From contig OX597817.1 of the NCBI GenBank assembly GCA_951406725.2, forward strand, positions 152,210,001-152,274,000: a stretch of DNA of 64,000 bases, in the 5' to 3' direction. This document shows, in pieces, positions 13,244 to 26,108 of this stretch. The stretch is from Octopus vulgaris (lineage: Eukaryota). The notes beneath the pieces are model-generated. The model worked only from the letters and a program-made list of their open reading frames with translations. It did no database searches and was not told the origin of the DNA. How positions within the stretch are numbered: the first letter of the stretch is position 1; each line of letters opens with the position of its first letter. The position numbers were made by a program, and so were the translations under genes.

Positions 13244-15257
13244 CTTTAGAAAGTAAAAAGAGAGAAAAACAGAATCAGATAAAAATGTTATGCATTCAAA
13301 CTTGGTAACAGCACAGCTAAAATATTATTGAGGAACACTGATACAATTAAAATACCAGTTGTAAAGCTCCGCATGAACTGGACTGAGCAGACCTATGATC
13401 AGAGGTATTCTTGCCAGTACCATTTTTAAGGGTAGCTGGACCTACATCAGCTAATATATCGTTTTTTTAAGTCAGTAGGGTGTGATTTGAAGTAAATATG
13501 GTTGTTAGATCTAGCAGGCTAAATTACTCTGAATAAGCTCTTTTATAAATTATCAAACTTGCTAATAGACAAACCTGTGATTGGTATTAGGAAGGGTATC
13601 CAGCTATAGAAACCAGGTCAAAGCAGACACAGAACCTAGCAGGGCCCTCTGGTTCATATGTTCTTGTCAAACTATCCATCCCATGCCCCGGACCGTCGCT
13701 AAGCCCCTGCAGCCACAGGGGTTGCAGGTGACCTCCACGGTTGAGGGGCCCCATGTTAAGATCAAATTACATAGAGGAGTCTTGTATTTACTTTGGTTAA
13801 GATATTGAACAAGCATTAAACTATGTTACCTGAAAATTTCAAGAAATAAAATGCTGCAAAAGTTCTTACTATACCACGGACATGTACCAGACTTTGTGGA
13901 TTGTCTATGATAGCTATTGAACACAAATTTAACTCTCAGTTTGATTATTCTGAACTGGTCAATGTTTTTATGAAGCAAAAGGTGCACCATGTTTGTCTTT
14001 GAAAATTGCATGGATTATAAAAGTGCTCTTTTACTCATATCTGGACATTTTACTTCTTGAAATTTGTAATAGACCTAAATAAATTTAAATTGTACTTTTA
14101 AAGCTGTTCTTTAGGATAACATGAAATATTGAACTTCAGATAAAATAAAATATAGCTATGAATAAAAGGTGTATAGATTATACATTTTTATTGAAGGGAT
14201 GGGGCCTTGAAATAAAAAGTTGCAAGGGGCCTCTAAAAGTCATGCAACAGAGCTGCCTATGCCAGCAGGGAATAAGAGGCATTAAATGATAACCATGATG
14301 ATGATGACAACACTATGACTTCCTCAACTGCTGCTGAATTGATAAAGATGATGACTAGCTAGAAAATTTAAAACACACTACAGAATAAAGCTAGAAGTAG
14401 CCAAATATAAAATTTTGGTGCCTTGCTGGTTACAAAAATAGTGTTAGTTTTAGCCCCTGTCAGCACTAATGATTTAATGACAAACTTTTGATTCAAAACT
14501 AAGAATAATATCAATGCTATTAAGGCACTACAAAAGACATTAAGATATTACTAAGTCAGTTTATTTCAGTACAAAAGCTTAAAGCGCACTGCATTGCAAT
14601 CTACAGTCATTGTAATTGAAAGCTAAACATAGGTACAAGTATGGCTGTGTGGTTAGGATGTTCGTTTTGGAACCAAGTAGCTTCAGGTTCAATCCCACTG
14701 TGGACATCTACTGTAGCCCCAGGCCAACCAAAGCTTTGTGAGAAAATCTGGTAGATGGAAACTGTGTGGAAGCCAATTGTATATGTGTGTGTCATTGTGT
14801 TAATCCTCTCTCCACCACTTGTTTCCGTCTGTCAAATCCACTCACAGGGCTTCAAGCTGCCTGAGGTTATAGAAGACACTTGTCCAAGGCACCATACAAT
14901 AGGATTGAATTCAAAACCATGTGGTTGAGGAACAAACTTCTTAACCACACGGCCACGCCTGTGCCTATCAGAACACCATGGATACGCGTACCAATGTTAC
15001 TTGTCAGGCAGATTCAGTGTAACAGAATGTGACCAGGCTGGCCCTTTTGAATTACAAGTATAACTCATTTTAAATAATCTATTCTAATCAAAAGGTGTTA
15101 GACATCAAAGGAAAATGAATGATTGGTTTGCAAATCTGAATGATGCTACTTGGAATTGAACTCATGACCTTACAATCATAAGCCAAATACCCCATCACCA
15201 GGCCATGCACTTTCACATTAAAGAGATTTCTAATAACCATACCACTGGAACAGGAGC

Positions 15258-16058
15258 CAGTCAGGGAGCACTCGTAGCTGTGGCCAGTGTCCCTGACTGG
15301 CTCCTATTCTGGTGGCACATAAAATGCATCATCCAAACATGGTCGATGCCAGTGTCCCCTGACTGGCTCCCATTCCAGTGGCACATAAAAAGTGCCATCC
15401 AAACGTGATCAATGCAAGGGTCACCTGACTGGCTCCAATTCTGATGGCACATAAAAAGCAACATCCAAACATGGTCAACGCCAGTACCTTAACTGGCTCT
15501 TATTCCGGTGGCACGTAAAAAGCACCATCCGAACATGGCCAATGCCAGTACCCTGACTGGCTCCCGTTACGGTGGCACATAAAAAGCACCATTTGAACGT
15601 GATCAATGCCAGTACCCACTGACTGGCTCCTGTGCCAGTGACATGTAAAAGCACCCACTACACTCTTGGAGTGGTTGGTGTTAGGAAGGGCATCCAGCTG
15701 AAGAAACATTGCCAGATCAGATTGGAGCTTGGTGCAGCTGCTGGCTCTCCAAACCTCAGTCAAACCATCCAACTCATGCCAGCATGGAAAACGGTTGTTA
15801 AACGATGATGATGGTGATGATGATGAAACCGAGCAAAATTGCAATCGTGGCAGGTACCAGTGTCACGCAAATGGCACCCTTGCCAGTAATACATAAAAGC
15901 ACCCATTACACTCTCGGAGTGGTTGGCATTAGAAAGGGCATCCAGCCATAGAAAACCATGCCAAATCAGACTGGAATCTGGTGCAGCCTTCCAGCTTACC
16001 AGCCCTGGTCAAACCATCCACCCATGCTAGCATGGACAACAGACGTTAAATGATTATG
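15258..16058 (+). mobile_element. Two adjacent RTE 3'-UTR copies with ~60-bp tandem units
   Basis: Repeated gtggcacataaaa cores, then ttggtgttaggaagggcatccagctg...gttaaacgatgatgat; second shorter copy ends 11 nt from the KIN exon 4 donor. Confidence 0.8.
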
Positions 16059-16069
16059 ATATTTCTTAC

Positions 16070-16300
16070 CTTTTTCTTCACATTCTCTTTTCAGTTCTGT
16101 GTATTCGGGTTCAGCTTTGACTTTCTCAGTTACAGATGCTCTTTGGATCTGTTTCTCAATGAATTTTGCATTTCTTTCTTCATCGTCCATATCCATCCTC
16201 TCTTTTGCTTTGACTGCCTCTTGTTTACGAATAGTTTCTGGAGTTCGATCTACGTACTGACAGAACCAACCCTTTTCCGTATAATCTACCACACAATAAC
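16070..16300 (-). CDS. KIN: KIN17 coding exon 4
   Basis: tgcag acceptor; YCVVDYTEKGWFCQYVDRTPE...EPEYTELKRECEEK; donor GTAAGA; 231 nt. Confidence 0.95.
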
Positions 16301-18580
16301 CTGCATGGAAAATAAAACTAATACATGAGTAAAGGAAAAAGAAAAAAATACAATTCAAATTAGGAATTAAAATCTAAAAGTATTATTTGCTAAAGGTTCT
16401 AAAGATTTAACAATTAAAACAGTAACTTACAAATTAAGCTGACGAGGGAACACACACTGAATGAGGTTACAAATGTTTTAATTTCATACTATAGCTGGTT
16501 GATTGATCACATAACAGGCTTCCTATAGGGCGGCGAGCTGGCAGAACCGTTAGCACGCTGGGCGAAATGCGTAGCCGTATTTCGTCTGCCGTTACGTTCT
16601 CAGTTCAAATTCCGCCGATGTCGACTTTACCTTTCATCCTTTCAGGGTCGATAAATTAAGTACCAGTTACGCACTGGTGTCAATGTAATCGACTTGCTCC
16701 ATTTGTCTGTCCTTGTTTGTCCTCTCTGTGTTTAGCCCCTTGTGGGTAGTAAAGAAATATAACAGGTTTCCTCACCAACTTAGTCAAGTAATTGCATAGT
16801 GGCATGCAATTAACAGAACGAAGACAACCAGATAATGAAGTCCATAAACTACTCAGCAACTTACTAAATGTATTTGATAGATCCTGTTACTTAGAAACAG
16901 TTACTTATTTACAGTTAGATGTGGACATAGCAAAATGCCAGAGTATTCTTTTAGTATTCTTTTACTTGTTTCAGTCACTTGACTGGCCATGCTGGAGCAC
17001 TGCCTTTAGTCGAGCAAATCGGCCCCAGGACTTATTCTTTAGAAGCCTAGTACTTATTCCATCCGTCTCTTTTGCCGAACCGCTAAGTTATGGGGACGTA
17101 AACACACCACCATCAGTTGTGAAGTGATGTTAGGGGGACAAACACAAACACACACACATATATATATATACACACACACACACATATACGATAGGCTTCT
17201 TTCAGTTTCCGTCTACCAAATCCACTCACTAGGCTTTGGTCGGCCCGAGGCTATAGTAGAAGACACTTGCGCAAGGTGCCATGTAGCGGGAATGAACCCA
17301 GAACCATGTGGTTCGTAAGCAAGCTGCTTACCACACAGCTACTCCTGTGCCTATGGATGGAATTGAAGAAACTCCTTGTTGTTCACAAAGATAACACTCA
17401 GGGAGGTGTTGTCTCTGTGAACAACAAAGAGTTTCATACTCCATACAAAAAGCAGACTGCATAAAGCATGTGTTAGGGTTGCGATGATGTATAGTTAGTG
17501 AGTCATTGGAACTGAACGTGGACAATTCTGTGTAGGCAGAAATGAAATGAATTGAGCATAGTCTGGAGGATCTGTGATTTTACATGGGAAGTAAAAGTGT
17601 GGTTGATCATTAAAAGGACCAGCTTATGCATGCTGGAAGCATAATTGTGCTGATAAGAACAATGAGGGCTGAGTGAAAAAGGAACATGTTTTGTGTGTTA
17701 AAGCAGTGATCCTCAACAGGGCTCCATATAAGATTTTGTTGTTAAAATTTATGTGCAATTAATTGGTTACACTTCTACAATACACAAAATATTTTAACAT
17801 TTTTTATAGGCATAGGAGTGGCTGTGTAGTAAGTAGCTTGCTTATGAACCACATGGTTCCGGGTTCAGTCCCACTGCGTGGCACCTTGGGCAAGAGTCTT
17901 CTACTGTAGCCTCAGGCCGACCAAAGCCTTGAGAGTGGATTTGGTAGACGGAAACTGAAAGAAGCCCGTCATATATATATATATATATATATGTATGCGA
18001 ATATGTTTGTGCATCTGTGTTTGTCGCCCAACATTGCTTGACAACCGAAGGTGGTGTGTTTACGTCCCTGTAACTTAGCGGTTCGGCAAAAGGGAACCGA
18101 TAGAATAAGTACTAGGCTTACAAAGAATAAGTCCTGGGGTCGATTTGCTCGACTAAAGGCAGTGCTCCAGCATGACCGCAGTCAAAAGACTAAAACAAGT
18201 AAAAGAGTGTACAATTCCTAATGAGTTTTAATTATAGAAACATAATAGGTTTCTTTTTTTTAACACTGAATGGCTAAGGAGGCCCAGTAACATTAAATAG
18301 GAACCAAAGGAATCCACAGGCAAAAAATGGTCCAGAACCACAGTTAAAATCAGTTCACATAATGCTGGTTCTTATACAAGATGATCAAAGATCAAGATGA
18401 AACCAAATGTTGTACAAGACGCACCTAACCCTAATCAAAGCTAAAATGGAAAACAGACATAAAATGTTGTGATGATGATGCTATCTTTCATGGCACCGGG
18501 AGATGTCAAGTTATTTCAATGTTTATTCTTGAAAACCAGGCCCCATCACACTAGTTATGATTGGAAAAAAATTAACTTGC

Positions 18581-18747
18581 CTTCCTTTCCTGTCCATTTG
18601 ACAAAATCTGTCAAAGTCTCCCACTGAGTGGAATTCATGTGAATGTGATGACGATCTGTGATATATTCTTGGTATACTATGTTAGCATGAACTCGTTTTG
18701 TTCCAAAACGTCTACGCAAGACTTCCAGAAAACCATCGAGAAAATCT
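18581..18747 (-). CDS. KIN: KIN17 coding exon 3 (winged-helix region), GC donor
   Basis: DFLDGFLEVLRRRFGTKRVHANIVYQEYITDRHHIHMNSTQWETLTDFVKWTGKE; 167 nt; the frame joins exon 4 with donor G|GCAAGT. Confidence 0.94.
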
Positions 18748-19480
18748 CTAAAAGAGATAAAACAAAACAAAAATATACAGTTCATAAGTAAATAACACTA
18801 GATATATTCAGTTGAGTGGGTGCTGCTAAACATTTGAAGAGTTTCAAAATGATATAAAGCATTGTATACAAATAAATTTGCATTTACATTTATGGAAAAG
18901 ACTGACATTGAAAAATATAAAAATACATAAGAAATTGAGTACGGGGTTTGAGAGATAAATGCTACTCCCAGAGATAAGTAGATTTAGATAATTTTGTATA
19001 CATACATGTATGCCAGAACGGGTAACTGGCCTCCATGCCGGTGGCACGTAAAAGGCACGATTCGAGCGTGATCGTTACCAGCAGAAGTGCCGGTGGTATG
19101 TGTAAAAAGATTCAAGCGAGGTCGTTGCCAGCACCGCCTGACTGGCTCCCATGCCGGTGGCACGTAAAAGCACCCACTACACTCTCGGAGTGGCTGGCAT
19201 TAGGAAGGGCATCCAGCTGTAGAAACTCTGCCAGATCAAGATTGAAGCCTGGTGCAGCCATCTGGTTCACTAGCCCTCAGTCAAATCATCCAACCCATGC
19301 TAGCATGGAAAGCGGACATTAAACGATGATGATGATGAATCTCACATATAGTTTCGGCATTCAATTGAAATTTGCAATTAAGATGAGTCAATATCTTCAA
19401 CCAAAAGATGCTTAACAATTGTTGGTATGATTCTTTGATGAAGGATCATGCAAAAGAAGTTACAATATATAATGACTTAC

Positions 19481-19575
19481 TTAGAAAATGTATCTATATA
19501 ATCATCTGGGTTTTCAGCAAACAGCAACAGTTGCCTTTGGTGGGATTCAGACATCATGTGACATTTAAAACCATT
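19481..19575 (-). CDS. KIN: KIN17 coding exon 2
   Basis: tttag acceptor; NGFKCHMMSESHQRQLLLFAENPDDYIDTFS completes the zinc finger; donor GTAAGT; 95 nt. Confidence 0.96.
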
Positions 19576-19835
19576 CTAAAATATAAAATCATACAATTAG
19601 CAATTCAAGAGGCTAATTAATACACTATTCCACAACAGTATGGAGTGAGCAAAATGTTTTAACATCAGCTGCAATTTAAACCAAAATGATTCCAAACTGC
19701 AGATTTTGATTACAATGAAAGGCAACATTCTTAGTTGAAACTGTAGAAATTTACTGATTTCTGATAAGAATTACATTAATTCTAATACAGATAATGTTAT
19801 TTTTTAAAAAATTTAATTGTAGAAATTTCAATATA

Positions 19836-20580
19836 TTGGGTTGGCAACTAAGTTCTCGCCGTTTTTTTTAAATTTTGGAATCTATTTTTTTCGAGAAATC
19901 TGTTTTTGAATCATTTTGGAATCTATTTTGTTTTTGTTCTAGTTAATTTTTGTTTATTTTCAGATCATTAAAATGGAATGTCAAGTTAAGAAAAATGAGC
20001 ATTTTCGACACCTTCTTTTTGCTTTTAATCTAGGTTCTAAGGCCACAAAAGCTGCTTTCAACATTTGTGCTGTGTATGGAGAAGGTGCCATGACTGAAAG
20101 AACCACTCGTGATTGTTATGCCAAGTTCAAAAATGGAAATTTTGGCCTCAAAGACACACCTTGTTCTGGCCATCCAGTCGAGTTCAATGAAGAGCAATTA
20201 AACCAACTTTTGCACAAAAATTCTCATCAAACAACAAGGGAACTGGCAGAGAAAATGGAATGTTCTCACACTGCTATAGAGAAGCATCTTCACTCGATGG
20301 GAAAGGTTCAGAAGTATGGAGCATGGGTTCCATATGCTTATGCTTTAAGCGACAACAACAAAAATCAATGAGCCACAATCTCCACTGATTTGCTTGCTCA
20401 TTACTGCTCAACTCATGGACACAAGCAATGATTTCTTTACTGAATCATTACTGGCGATGAATATGAAGCAACATAAGGAATGGCTTAGCCATGATAAACA
20501 AGCAACACCGCGCATGAAACAAGATCTTCATCCACGTAAAACAATGTTGTGTGTATGTGGGACTAGGAAGGGATTACCCA
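19836..20580 (+). mobile_element. mariner transposase relic
   Basis: TA|ttgggttggcaactaag TIR; HTH FRHLLFAF...AVYGEGA...FKNGNF-LKD-P-SG-P and WVP motif; disrupted downstream. Confidence 0.88.
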
Positions 20581-22159
20581 TTACACTCTCAAGGTGGTTG
20601 GCTTTAGGAAGGGCATCCAGCTATAGAAAACCATGCCAAATCAGACTAGAGTCTGGTGCAGCCCTCCAGCTTACCAGCCCTGGTCAAACCATCCAACCCA
20701 TGCCAGCATGGACAACGGACGTTAAATGTTGATGCTTAGTAGCATTTCTTCTACCACTGTATGTTCTGATCTCAAATTCTGTCAAAGCCTGCTTTCACTT
20801 TCATCCTTTCAGGGTCAATAAAATTAGTACCAGTTGAACACTATGTCAGGAAGGGTTTAGCAAATTTTTATGTGTTAAACTGCATCCAAATTTTCACATT
20901 AGGAAAGACATATAGCTGGACTTAAACCCTGTCACAGTGATTAAAGTAGAGCAGCTAGAGCATGGTCATTGCCAGAACCACCTGACTGGCTCTCGTACCA
21001 GTGGCACATAAAAGCACCCACTACACTCTCAGAGTGGTTGGTGTTAGGAAGGGCATCCAGCTGTAGAAACTTTGCCAGATCAGATTGAGCCTGGTACAGC
21101 CTCTGGCTCACCAGTCCTCAGTCAAACTGTCCAACCCATGTCGGCATGGAAAGCAGACGTTTAACATCTGCTTTCCATGCTGACATGGATTGGACGATGA
21201 TGATATATATAGATGAAAGTATGTATCACAATTTGAAATATTTATTTATCTTTTAATTGTTTATAAATAATAATTTCTGATTTCAGCACAAAAATAGTAA
21301 TTTTTTTAGGAAAGTTTATTCAATAATATCTACCCCAGTTGTAGATGGTCACTTCCATTTATCAACACCAGAGTGATGAAAGACAAAGGGATTTGAAACC
21401 ATGTAAAGAACTGGAACAAATACAGCAAAGTATTTTTCCATTGCTTTACCAGTTCTGCCAGCTCACCTTAAGAATAATATAAATATGTATCTATAATAGA
21501 TTATATCTTCGATTTCGTTCCACAGTTTATCAATGACCTTATAAATAGTATAAATGCTGTGGGCAATAATAGGTTATGGATCTTTTCTATAGTTAAATTG
21601 CTACATACGTACAGTGGCAAAATAATACTATAGATAACAAACTTCCATTGCTTATAATAATGTTTTAATGCAAACCAGTGCGAGATACCGTGTTAAATAA
21701 TCCACAGAAAGGAATTAATAAAAATGACTAATTAATTCTTTAAAGCACTCCGTCGGTTATGATGACGAGGGTTCCGGTTGATCCGATCAACGGAACAGCC
21801 TGCTCGTGAAATTAACGTGTAAGTGGCTGAGCACTCCACAGACACGTGCACCCTTAACGTAGTTCTCAGGGATATTCAGCATGACACAGAGAGTGACAAG
21901 GCCGGCCCTTTGAAATACAGGTACAACAGAAACAGGAAGTAAGAGTGAGAGAAAGTTGTGGTGAAAGAGTACAGCAGGGATCACCACCATCCCTGCCAGA
22001 GCCTCGTGGAGCTTTAGGTGTTTTCGCTCAATAAACACTCACAACGCCCGGTCTGGGAATCGAAACCGCGAGTCCGCTGCCCTAACCACTGGGCCATTGC
22101 GCCTCCTAACTAATTAATACAAACATTACAACTGAAAAATACAAGGAAAGGGAACTTAC

Positions 22160-22279
22160 CTCATCTCGACATTGTTTTTCACACATCTGACAATACCATT
22201 TCAGTTTCTGGAGACCTTTCGCCTTAATACGATTGGCAATAGCCTTAGGTGTAAGAAAGCCGTGTTTTTCTTTACCCAT
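22160..22279 (-). CDS. KIN: KIN17 DNA/RNA-binding protein, coding exon 1
   Basis: ATG at 22279; MGKEKHGFLTPKAIANRIKAKGLQKLKWYCQMCEKQCRDE (KIN17 N-terminus, first half of C2H2 finger); donor GTAAGT, phase 0. Confidence 0.97.
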
Positions 22280-23406
22280 GGTGATTGTAATTCACTTGAA
22301 TGGCTTCATGTAAAAGAAAATAAACAGTAAATAAATTTCCTCGGTGCTTTAACCATTGTAATTAATATAAACGTTGGCACAAAATCAAACCAACTCAAAA
22401 TCGATGAACATCAATGGAATTTGTATCTTTGTGGTACCAGTGCAGGTGGCACATTAGAAAACCATCTGAACGTGGCCGTAGCCAGTACCGCATCGACTGG
22501 CCTCCATGCTGTGGGCACGTAACAAACACCATCCGATCGTAGCCGTTCACCAGCCTCGTCTGGCACCTATGTCAGTGGCACATAAAAAAACACCATACGA
22601 GCGTGGCCGTTCGCCAGCCTTGTCTGGCACCTGTGTCGGTGACACATAAAAAACACCATCTGAGCGTGGCTGTTCGCCAGCCTCGTCTGGCACCTGTGTC
22701 GGTGGCACATAAAATCACCCACTACACTCTCGGAGTGGTTGGCGTTAGAAAGGGCATCCAGCTGTAGAAACACTGCCAGATCTGACTGGCCTGGTGCAGC
22801 CTTCGGGCTTCCCAGACCCCAGTTGAACCGTCCAACCCATGCTAGCATGGAAAGCAGACGTTAAACGATGATGATGATGATGACTAGTCTTCATTTAAAA
22901 AACAAAATGAAAGGAAGCGGAGGTGGAGGGAAACATTCGTCTACAAAATGTCATGGCAAAACTAAAACCTCAATCGCCATCTCTCTCTCTATATATATAT
23001 TCTCTTTTACTTGTTTCAGTCATTTGACTGTGGCCATGCTGGAGCACCGCCTTTAGTCGAGCAAATCGACCCCAGGACTTATTCTTTGTAAGCCCAGTAC
23101 TTATTCTATCGGGTCTCTTTTGCCGAACCGCTAAGTGACGGGGACGTAAACACACCAGCATCGGTTGTCAAGCAATGCTAGGGGGACAAACACATATATA
23201 TATATATATATACAAATATACGACAGGCTTCTTTCAGTTTCCGTCTACCAAAACCACTCACAAGGCATTGGTCGGCCCGAGGCTATAGTAGAAGACACTT
23301 GCCCAAGATGCCACGCAGTGGGACTGAACCCGGAACCATGTGGTTGGTAAACAAGCTACTTACCACACGCAATAGGATATCCTGTTGCTTATTCTGATTA
23401 TATATA

Positions 23407-23445
<39 letters not shown>

Positions 23446-23769
23446 TCACTTTTGTAACCCCTCGTCATCTTTATCTGTTATTTACAACTGATTTCTAGCT
23501 TCGCTTTGGAAAAAATGGTTATTTACTCGACTTATAAAACTATTTGTATCTCTCACACATAAATGTCTATTTCTGACTGGTTATCTAGCTATCAATTTTT
23601 ACTGCTTTCTTCCTTCCTTTCATAAAACAAACTTGCAGCTAAAAGTACGGCTCAAAAAAGATATAAAATAAACAAAAACTGAGAAAAAAACAAAAACAAC
23701 TGAAACTAAAATCTAAGTTATCAATAGTGTCAACAATACGTTTTGAGTGTAAACTTGAACAATTACCAT

Positions 23770-23798
<29 letters not shown>

Positions 23799-23804
<6 letters not shown>

Positions 23805-23977
23805 CAAAATATATATTGAACTTTTATAGAAGTGTATATACAAAATATATATTGAACTTTTATAGAAGTGTATATACAAAATATATATTGAACTTTTATA
23901 GAAGTGTATATACAAAATATATATTGAACTTTTATAGAAGTGTATATACAAAATATATATTGAACTTTTATAGAAGT
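23799..23977 (+). repeat. 36-bp minisatellite, about 5 copies, at the edge of a (TA)n tract
   Basis: Unit tatatacaaaatatatattgaacttttatagaagtg repeated without visible mismatch. Confidence 0.92.
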
Positions 23978-24079
23978 TCCTACCGTTAATGGTTATATTT
24001 ACATGCCGAAATCTACCAGTAAATAATTGTTGTTGTTTTTTTTTTAAACCATTAAAGCTATTATTTACTCTCATTATAT

Positions 24080-24081
<2 letters not shown>

Positions 24082-24129
<48 letters not shown>

Positions 24130-24234
24130 CATACATACATATGAGTTTGAACTTAACTATGGTCTGTCTATAGCACTTATTCAGCATTACCTGACACCTT
24201 TGGGTCTCAATGACACCATTATCTCTTATAACCT

Positions 24235-24290
<56 letters not shown>

Positions 24291-24368
24291 TAAACAAAGG
24301 AATATGCGGAAAACAGGAAAGAACACACAACGAACGTTGACATTCTGAACAACTGTCGACTTCAAAGC

Positions 24369-24442
<74 letters not shown>

Positions 24443-24450
24443 CACACACA
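24082..24450. repeat. (TA)n/(GA)n microsatellite cluster with short unique islands
   Basis: Three TA tracts followed by a (GA)n tract. Confidence 0.95.
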
Positions 24451-24987
24451 GTCATTACACTTTTAAGTCCGAAGATTTATAAAATATATTTTCTTGTTTC
24501 TAATAAAAGAAAATCAATTTACTGAGAGAAATTAACATAAAATGTATTGAGGACGTGTATGTGTGTGTGTGTGTATTAGTTAATACCATTTGCCAAATTT
24601 TAAATACATACCGTCAATAAAATCCGGATTGAAAACTTCAAAATAACACCCTCACACTAAACAGAACTAATTTCAAAGAAATATATATTAGTTCTGTTTA
24701 TATATATCTATATTTAAAAAGTATGTGAAAGGGAATTATTTTCATCACATTAACAGTGAAAAGAAGCTTCTCTTCTTAAAACCAAAGCATTTTAAACTCA
24801 TTATTATTTAAAATAAACAGCTTAATTAAAGATACAGGAGTGTATGACAAATAACTAACTCCAGGTTTTAGGTCGCTTATCACCGGTTGTCACCTAAAAC
24901 ATATATTTCCGTCAATAAACGAGGGGAGTTAATTAATGACATTAACTTCTATATTCAGGACCATGAGTAAAGCTTTGGTACTTACTT

Positions 24988-25216
24988 AAGGCGGCGAGCT
25001 GGCAGAACCGTTAGCACGCCGGGCGAAATGCGTAGCCGTATTTCGTCTGCCGTTACGTTCTCAGTTCAAATTCCGCCGAGGTCGACTTTACCTTTCATCC
25101 TTTCGAGGTCGATAAATTAAGTGCCAGTTATGCACTGGGTCGATGTAATCGACTTAATCTGTGTGTTTGTCCTTGTTTGTCCTCTCTTTACTACCCTTGT
25201 GGGTAGTAAAGAAATA
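24988..25216 (+). mobile_element. SINE family B with Nin/Deu-like core (representative), with TSD
   Basis: aaggcggcgagctggcagaa...gttcaaattcc...cctttcatcctttcgrggtcgataaattaagt; TSD ggtacttactt. Other copies at about 16528, 46562-46977 (partial dimer, TSD atgtgacatct), 47515, 48330, 53616, 57180, 61155. Confidence 0.85.
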
Positions 25217-25303
25217 GGTACTTACTTAAGAAGAGTGGTCCTGGTGCGCGCACTCGCGTAACTCGCGCACCCACGCTAGCTAGTCGTGACTAGTCGATCC
25301 TTA

Positions 25304-26108
25304 GGATCTTTTCCTTTTGAACGGCACATGTCAGAACACAATTTCTAGTTAACTAAACACTTTAAAACTTCGTATACTGGTAGAATGTGTCAAAATAAAA
25401 CATTTTTTTCTCTTGGCTTTCTTGATAAAATTGTAATTCGTTTGTTTAACGTAGTTTAATTTTTCGAATTTTAACCAATGAATCGCCTCTATTGAGCTAA
25501 AATCATTTGCTGCGTCTAAAACTGAGACAACATCCTGCCACTAACCCTAACCCTCAATTTTTGCCTTTCATTTTTTTTTTTTTCTTAATTGTTAAAATAA
25601 TTTAAACAATTAACAATTAAGAAAAAAAACAAAAGGCTAAAACGAAAGCAATGGAAAATAATTTAAACAATTAACAAACAAAATAATTCTATAATTTTAT
25701 ACACATGCTTTCCGTAACTCACGCTTTCCGTATACGTACGGAAAGCGTGTGTATAAAATTATAGAATTATTTTATTTGTTAATTGTTTAAATTATTTTCC
25801 ATTGCTTTCGTTTTAGCCTTTTGTTTTTTTTACACGTGTAACAATTAAGAAAAAAAAAATTAGGGTTAGGGTTAGTGACAGGATGTCTCAGTTTTAGACG
25901 CAGCAAATGATTTTAGCTCAATTAGAGGTGATTCATTGGTTAAAATTCAAAAAATTAAACTACGTTAAACAAACAAATTACAATTTTATTAAGAAAGCCA
26001 AGAGAAAAAAATGTTTTATTTTGACACATTCTACCAGTATACGAAGTTTTAAAGTGTTTAGTTAACTAGAAATTGTGCTGACATGCGCCATTCAAAAGGG
26101 AAAGATCC
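25304..26108. mobile_element. Fully palindromic Merlin-like foldback element
   Basis: ggatcttttcc...ggaaagatcc; TSD gatcctta/aatcctta; arms pair, apart from one bulge, up to a 4-nt loop at 25733-25736. Confidence 0.85.

Noticed and set aside
23763-24455. ORFs with IY and SL repeats
   Set aside because: Translations of microsatellites and the 36-bp minisatellite
25540-25876. Telomere or chromosome-fusion site suggested by CCCTAA/TTAGGG in opposite orientations
   Set aside because: Only 2-3 units each, explained by the two arms of the palindromic MITE
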